DNA from: a virus
Lineage: Duplodnaviria; Caudoviricetes
IMG/VR virus record: IMGVR_UViG_3300023267_000044
Span: 1 to 36,377 of that record
Direction: 5' to 3' (one strand)
DNA: 36,377 nt
The first letter of the stretch is position 1. Each line of letters starts with the position of its first letter. A model generated the notes under the pieces. The model did not search any database, was not told the origin of the DNA, and was given only the letters and a program-made list of their open reading frames with translations. Positions 32,573 to 36,377 of this stretch are shown piece by piece. Made by a program: the position numbers and the translations under genes.

Positions 32573-33306
32573 CAGGCACCTGCCGGGGTGACGGTCGCGT
32601 CCGGGCGTGCGGCGAGCGCGTCGGCCTTGTCGGCGGCGGCCAGCAGGAGCGCGGCCAGTTCGCGGGCCTGCGCGCTGGTCACCTGCGAGGCCTCGTCCGG
32701 GTGCAGGTCGCTCCGCTCCAGGAGCACCGTGGGGAACGTGTCGGCGTTGACGCTGGTGGCGATGGCCTCGACCGAGAGGGTGTCCTTGAGGTAGTCGAGC
32801 TGGACCTTGCCGATGTAGGTCTGGGTGCTGCACTCGTGGGCGACCGCGTCCGCCGGGTGGTCGTCGGTGCAGTCGGGCAGGCACGGCCACGGGCCGACCT
32901 CGCGGGACGGGCTCGCGGGCGACTCGGCGGCGTCGTAGCGGGTGAGCAGGCCGCCGAGCACGCCGTGCAGTACGCGGGCCTCGCCGATGGGCAGCATGGC
33001 GGTGTCGTTCGGGAACAGGAGGTCGATGGTCGCGCCCTGGCGGTCGGTGCCGACCACGCTGCCGCCGGTGGAGGTCAGGTAGTCGAGCTGCGACAGCGCC
33101 GCACCGCACCGGACGATCGGACGGCCGATCTTGTCGCTCTCAACGCCGAACCGCACCGGGGACTCGTGGACGTGGTGCACGTCGTCGGGGCCGAGCGTGG
33201 ACGCGGTGGCCCAGCGCGGCGCGGCCAGCATGGTCGGCTCGGCGGTCAGCTCGGGCAGCTCGGTAGCGGCGCGCTCGATCAGCGCGGTAGCCTCAGCAGT
33301 GGACAT
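32572..33306 (-). CDS. Tandem DUF6907-like protein (start 33306; alternative GTG 33393)
   Basis: PRWA..EARVL and PCLPDC..H..AQARELAALLLAAAD repeats; GAGGAG RBS. Confidence 0.65.
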   Translation of the reverse strand: MSTAEATALIERAATELPELTAEPTMLAAPRWATASTLGPDDVHHVHESPVRFGVESDKIGRPIVRCGAALSQLDYLTSTGGSVVGTDRQGATIDLLFPNDTAMLPIGEARVLHGVLGGLLTRYDAAESPASPSREVGPWPCLPDCTDDHPADAVAHECSTQTYIGKVQLDYLKDTLSVEAIATSVNADTFPTVLLERSDLHPDEASQVTSAQARELAALLLAAADKADALAARPDATVTPAGA

Positions 33307-33389
33307 GGGGATGGTCTCCTCGGTGTTCGACACAGGCCCGTTCCGGTTGCAGCCGGGGCGGGTCGTCTTGTTGGTGGGGTCCTGCGTGG

Positions 33390-33614
33390 TCACTCCGCGC
33401 CCCCGTTGGTGTTGGCCTTGAGGTACTTGTCGACCTCGGCCCACCGGTAGCGGACGGTGCGGCCGACGTTCGTCCACTTGGGCCCGGTGCCGTGGTAGCG
33501 CCAGGACTTCAGGGTGTTGGGGCTGACCTGGAGCACCTCGGCGAGCTGGTTGGCGGTCAGCATCCGGCGCTCCGGCGCGGCGGCGGGCGCCGTGTGCTTC
33601 GCGGGCGCCGTCAT
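33390..33614 (-). CDS. Excisionase-like HTH (HTH_17/AlpA-type)
   Basis: LTANQLAEVLQVSPNTLKSWR..G.GP....GRTVRY. Confidence 0.85.
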   Translation of the reverse strand: MTAPAKHTAPAAAPERRMLTANQLAEVLQVSPNTLKSWRYHGTGPKWTNVGRTVRYRWAEVDKYLKANTNGGAE

Positions 33615-33871
33615 CACGCCTGGCTCGTGGAAGCGTTCTCGGCGACGACCTCGAACAGGTCGTCGAACCCGCGGGTAGGCGTCACGGCGGCGAGCAGGCT
33701 GCCGACGAAGTAGGGACCGGGCTGCTTGCGGCCGGTCTCGACGTGGTCGAGCTGGGAGCGGCTGAGGCCGGTGCGCTGCTGGAGCGTGGACATCAGTTCG
33801 ATGCCGCACGCGGTCATCGCGCTGCGCAGCGCGCCGTCCTTCAGGCGGATGGTGTGGCGCTTCGCGGTCAA
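33614..33871 (-). CDS. Cro-like XRE HTH protein
   Basis: TGLSRSQLDHVETGRKQPG..FDDLFEVV; GAGGTGA RBS before TTG; divergent from the repressor. Confidence 0.8.
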   Translation of the reverse strand: MTAKRHTIRLKDGALRSAMTACGIELMSTLQQRTGLSRSQLDHVETGRKQPGPYFVGSLLAAVTPTRGFDDLFEVVAENASTSQA

Positions 33872-33917
33872 GGGGATCACCTCACGTTCCGTGTTCGGAC
33901 GTTGTTCCGATGGGGGA

Positions 33918-33946
33918 ACACTAGCCCGTTCGCACCGAGGACGCAA
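33918..33946 (-). promoter_or_regulatory. Early lytic promoter
   Basis: TTGCGT-N17-TAGTGT upstream of cro, flanked by operators. Confidence 0.7.
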
Positions 33947-34031
33947 CATGTTCCGTACGCAGAACGGCGCGCGAAGTTGGGCGGAATGGTCTGTATCTGG
34001 CGTTTGGACGCGTCTGATCAGGGGGTTTGCT

Positions 34032-34059
34032 TTGCCGGTTCCTTCTGGAGACGTAACCT
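34032..34059 (+). promoter_or_regulatory. Repressor promoter (leaderless)
   Basis: TTGCCG-N16-TAACCT, 7 nt before the ATG; no SD at normal spacing. Confidence 0.55.
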
Positions 34060-34066
34060 GTTCCGC

Positions 34067-34525
34067 ATGAGGAACACATCCCCCACCCCTTCGAACTGGT
34101 GGGTCTTCGTGCAGGAGCAGCTCGACCGGCTCCAGTGGAGCGGCGCTGACTTCGAGCGCGAAACCAAGATCAGTCGCTCGCGCCTGAACTCGTGGAAGGC
34201 GGGAGGGGCGCCGACACCTGAACTCGTCGTGACGTGCGCCAGGGCGTTCGGGGTGAAGCCGGTTGAGGCCTTCATCTACGCGGGCTGGCTCGATCCTGTC
34301 GACGCCGTGGACTTCGCGCACTTCCACGCGGACATCGCGGTGTTCAGCAATCAGGCGTTGCTGCGGGAGATCGCGCGACGCCTGGAAGGTGAGTACCGGG
34401 TGCCGGTGGCGACACCGACCGCGAAGGACATCGAGGCGCACCCGGAGCGGTACTCGGTAGTCCACGGGGGAATGGAATCCGATGACCACTCAGTTACTGA
34501 GAGTAGTCCGCAGGATGGCGGGTGA
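34067..34525 (+). CDS. Immunity repressor (XRE HTH, no S24 peptidase domain)
   Basis: WSGADFERETKISRSRLNSWKAG..P..ARAFG..EAFIYAGWL; LLREIARRL; 152 aa. Confidence 0.85.
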   Translation: MRNTSPTPSNWWVFVQEQLDRLQWSGADFERETKISRSRLNSWKAGGAPTPELVVTCARAFGVKPVEAFIYAGWLDPVDAVDFAHFHADIAVFSNQALLREIARRLEGEYRVPVATPTAKDIEAHPERYSVVHGGMESDDHSVTESSPQDGG

Positions 34526-34562
34526 CGGTACTCCTACCGCTGCTAGATGTCACGGGCCTGGT

Positions 34563-34578
34563 TCGAACACTGGTTCGA
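34563..34578. promoter_or_regulatory. LexA (SOS) box
   Basis: TCGAAC-ACTG-GTTCGA is a perfect match to the actinobacterial consensus TCGAAC-N4-GTTCGA; intergenic. Confidence 0.8.
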
Positions 34579-34637
34579 TCGGGTGATAAGGGAAATTTCC
34601 AGCTAACAGAACGTGATCGTTTAACGCTTCACCACAC

Positions 34638-34865
34638 GTGACCCAAGACTCAATCTGCGGCTCCGTTCTACCTCTGGCCCTGCTGGACCTCGTCCAGATC
34701 ACCTTCACCATGTCGGCGGAGCTTCCTGCCCCATCCGTGGTCGACCACGACGCGCACGCGATCTTCGTCGACATCAGCGCCGAGCCCCGGTCCCTGGAGC
34801 ACCTGCTCCAGGCAAGCATCCAGGCGCTCCGCCGAGCACCGTACGACCAACACCTCATCGGCTAG
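34638..34865 (+). CDS. Small protein, candidate antirepressor (weak resemblance to the ImmA/IrrE N-terminal part, no HExxH)
   Basis: ORF downstream of the SOS box; start uncertain, no clear SD. Confidence 0.5.
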   Translation: MTQDSICGSVLPLALLDLVQITFTMSAELPAPSVVDHDAHAIFVDISAEPRSLEHLLQASIQALRRAPYDQHLIG

Positions 34866-34888
34866 CACAACGCACCCTGGGGAGAGGC

Positions 34889-35140
34889 ATGTCCGTCAAC
34901 GACTTGTGGTACCTGAAGACGATCGACCCGCAGACCGGCACACCGGCACGCTCGGCCCAGCACGGCAAGGGACGGCGCTGGGAGGTCAGGTGGATCGACC
35001 CCAAGACCAAGCGCCGCAGGGGAAAGCGGTTCACCGTCCGCGCCGAAGCGGCCCACTTCGAGGCCTGGCAGCACGCCCAGCGCGACGAGCTGGCCAGAGA
35101 CCCCCTGACCGTCGCCGACATCGTGCAGAGCGAGGTGTGA
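34889..35140 (+). CDS. Stand-alone paralog of the integrase N-terminal (arm-binding) domain
   Basis: 25/40 ungapped identities to the adjacent integrase N-terminus; own GGAG RBS. Confidence 0.8.
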   Translation: MSVNDLWYLKTIDPQTGTPARSAQHGKGRRWEVRWIDPKTKRRRGKRFTVRAEAAHFEAWQHAQRDELARDPLTVADIVQSEV

Positions 35141-35144
35141 CGCG

Positions 35145-36377
35145 ATGCCGATCGACGACCTGTGGTACCTGAAGAGGCTCGACCCCGCGACCGGCAAGCC
35201 CATGCGCTCCTCGCGGCACGGCCGCGGCAAGCGCTGGCGGGTCCGCTGGGAGGACCCGGAGACCGCCGAGGTGAAGACGCTCGCGTTCGAGCGCAAGCCC
35301 GACGCGGTCCGGGAGGACAACAAGATCCAGGCCGACATCATCCGCGGGCAGTACATCGACCCCTCGGCCGGACGCCAGACCGTTGCCGAGTACGCCGAGG
35401 AGTGGCGCAAGCAGCGCATCACCAGCACCGGCACCGAGGAGAGCCTGGAGCGGTACATCCGGCTCCACGTGGTGCCGGTCATGGGCGGGAAGCCGATGCT
35501 CGCCGTCCGGTCCGGCACGATCAAGGACTGGATTCAGAACCGGCTGCATCACGCGGATCGGCCGCTCGCGCCCGCCACGATCCACAACATCTACCACCTC
35601 GTGCTGCGCCCCATGTTCGAGCAGGCCATCACCGACAGGGTCATCGGCCGGACGCCGTGCACGGGCATCACGCTGCCGAAGCTGCCGAAGGGCACCTACG
35701 TGGTGCCGACCGGGGACGTCGTGATGAGGATCGTCAACTCGATGCCCGCGGAGTACCGGGCGGCCGTCTTGCTGGCCGCTGGGTGCGGCTGGCGCACCGC
35801 GGAGGTGCTCGGCTTGGAGGTGGACGGCGTGGACTTCCTGCGCCGGGTGGTCCACGTCCGCCACCAATTGCGCGAATGGCAGACCGGCCTACCGTCCCTG
35901 GCGCCGCCGAAGTCGGCGACGAGCACTCGCAAGACGGAACTCCCGGTCATTGTTGGTGAGGCGCTTGCATGGCACATTCAGAACTTCGTGAACGCAGAAC
36001 CGATCACCTTGCCCGACCGCACCATTCCGAGTAGGCCCAAACAGCGGACAGCGCGCCTACTATTTCTCGACCACAGAGGCTTGCCTATGCGGCGGGGGCG
36101 CTGGTCTCAAATCTGGCGGGCCGCGTGCAAGAAAGCGGACGTGCCCTCGGGGGTCTACACGATGCGCAGCCTGCGCCACTTCTTCGCGACGACGCTGATC
36201 TACGCGGGGAAGAACGTCAAGACGGTGCAGTTGGCCTGCGGGCACGCCACGCCCACGGTCACGCTCAACACCTACCTCGGGTACTGGCCGGACAACGAGG
36301 AGGACAGCACGCGCTCGCTGCTGGACAAGGCGCTCGCCGTCCCGACGCCGCGGGCCGCCGGTAAATCCTTGGTATAA
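35145..36377 (+). CDS. int: Tyrosine integrase
   Basis: GWRTAEVLGL, PKS, RSLRH, CGH, TLNTY catalytic motifs; core-binding domain. Confidence 0.95.
   Translation: MPIDDLWYLKRLDPATGKPMRSSRHGRGKRWRVRWEDPETAEVKTLAFERKPDAVREDNKIQADIIRGQYIDPSAGRQTVAEYAEEWRKQRITSTGTEESLERYIRLHVVPVMGGKPMLAVRSGTIKDWIQNRLHHADRPLAPATIHNIYHLVLRPMFEQAITDRVIGRTPCTGITLPKLPKGTYVVPTGDVVMRIVNSMPAEYRAAVLLAAGCGWRTAEVLGLEVDGVDFLRRVVHVRHQLREWQTGLPSLAPPKSATSTRKTELPVIVGEALAWHIQNFVNAEPITLPDRTIPSRPKQRTARLLFLDHRGLPMRRGRWSQIWRAACKKADVPSGVYTMRSLRHFFATTLIYAGKNVKTVQLACGHATPTVTLNTYLGYWPDNEEDSTRSLLDKALAVPTPRAAGKSLV

Larger units (their letters stand above)
33903..34076. promoter_or_regulatory. Genetic switch with operators TGTTCC-N6-GGAACA
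   Basis: Perfect copies at 33903-33920 and 34059-34076; near copy at 33949-33966. Confidence 0.75.
1..36377. mobile_element. Temperate siphovirus prophage (HK97-type head, non-contractile tail, tyrosine integrase); ends not in window
   Basis: Complete syntenic set of integration, immunity, replication, packaging, head, tail and lysis modules. Confidence 0.97.

Noticed and set aside
33330-33370. CCCCGGCTGCAACCGG-like element upstream of the 33306 gene as a regulatory RNA
   Set aside because: Only a weak stem and a single copy; cannot be distinguished from the coding extension starting at GTG 33393.
36340-36377. Integration-dependent immunity (attP inside the repressor, ssrA-like tags)
   Set aside because: The integrase ends ..GKSLV and the repressor ..QDGG with no clear tag; both genes sit intact together inside the prophage; no att core is identifiable.

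Overview
A near-complete, very GC-rich actinobacterial temperate siphovirus prophage. The host is probably Pseudonocardiales-like; this is inferred from composition and gene style only. On the minus strand, reading from high to low coordinates, the order is: Cro-like gene, excisionase-like HTH, small early genes (three DUF6907-like paralogs), lambda-O-like initiator with an internal iteron origin, DnaB helicase, putative late regulators and late promoter, HNH/cos/TerS/TerL, an Sm-like gene, portal-MuF, HK97 protease and capsid, head-tail genes, tail (chaperone frameshift, tape measure, Dit, minor tails), and a lysis cassette. On the plus strand at the right end are the repressor, a perfect actinobacterial LexA box, a small ORF, a stand-alone copy of the integrase N-terminal domain, and a tyrosine integrase. 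No att site is visible because the window ends at the int stop codon. The most notable observations are: (1) a candidate -1 frameshift (C CCA AAA + hairpin + TAA) exactly at the portal/MuF junction, which would give both a short portal and a portal-MuF fusion; (2) an SOS-box-headed cassette of small ORF, mini-integrase and integrase beside a repressor with no autocleavage domain; (3) an internal translation start in the endolysin; (4) a hairpin-rich, possibly switchable RNA element; (5) an Sm/Hfq-like gene in the packaging operon. All functional calls come from motif recognition and synteny, not database searches.
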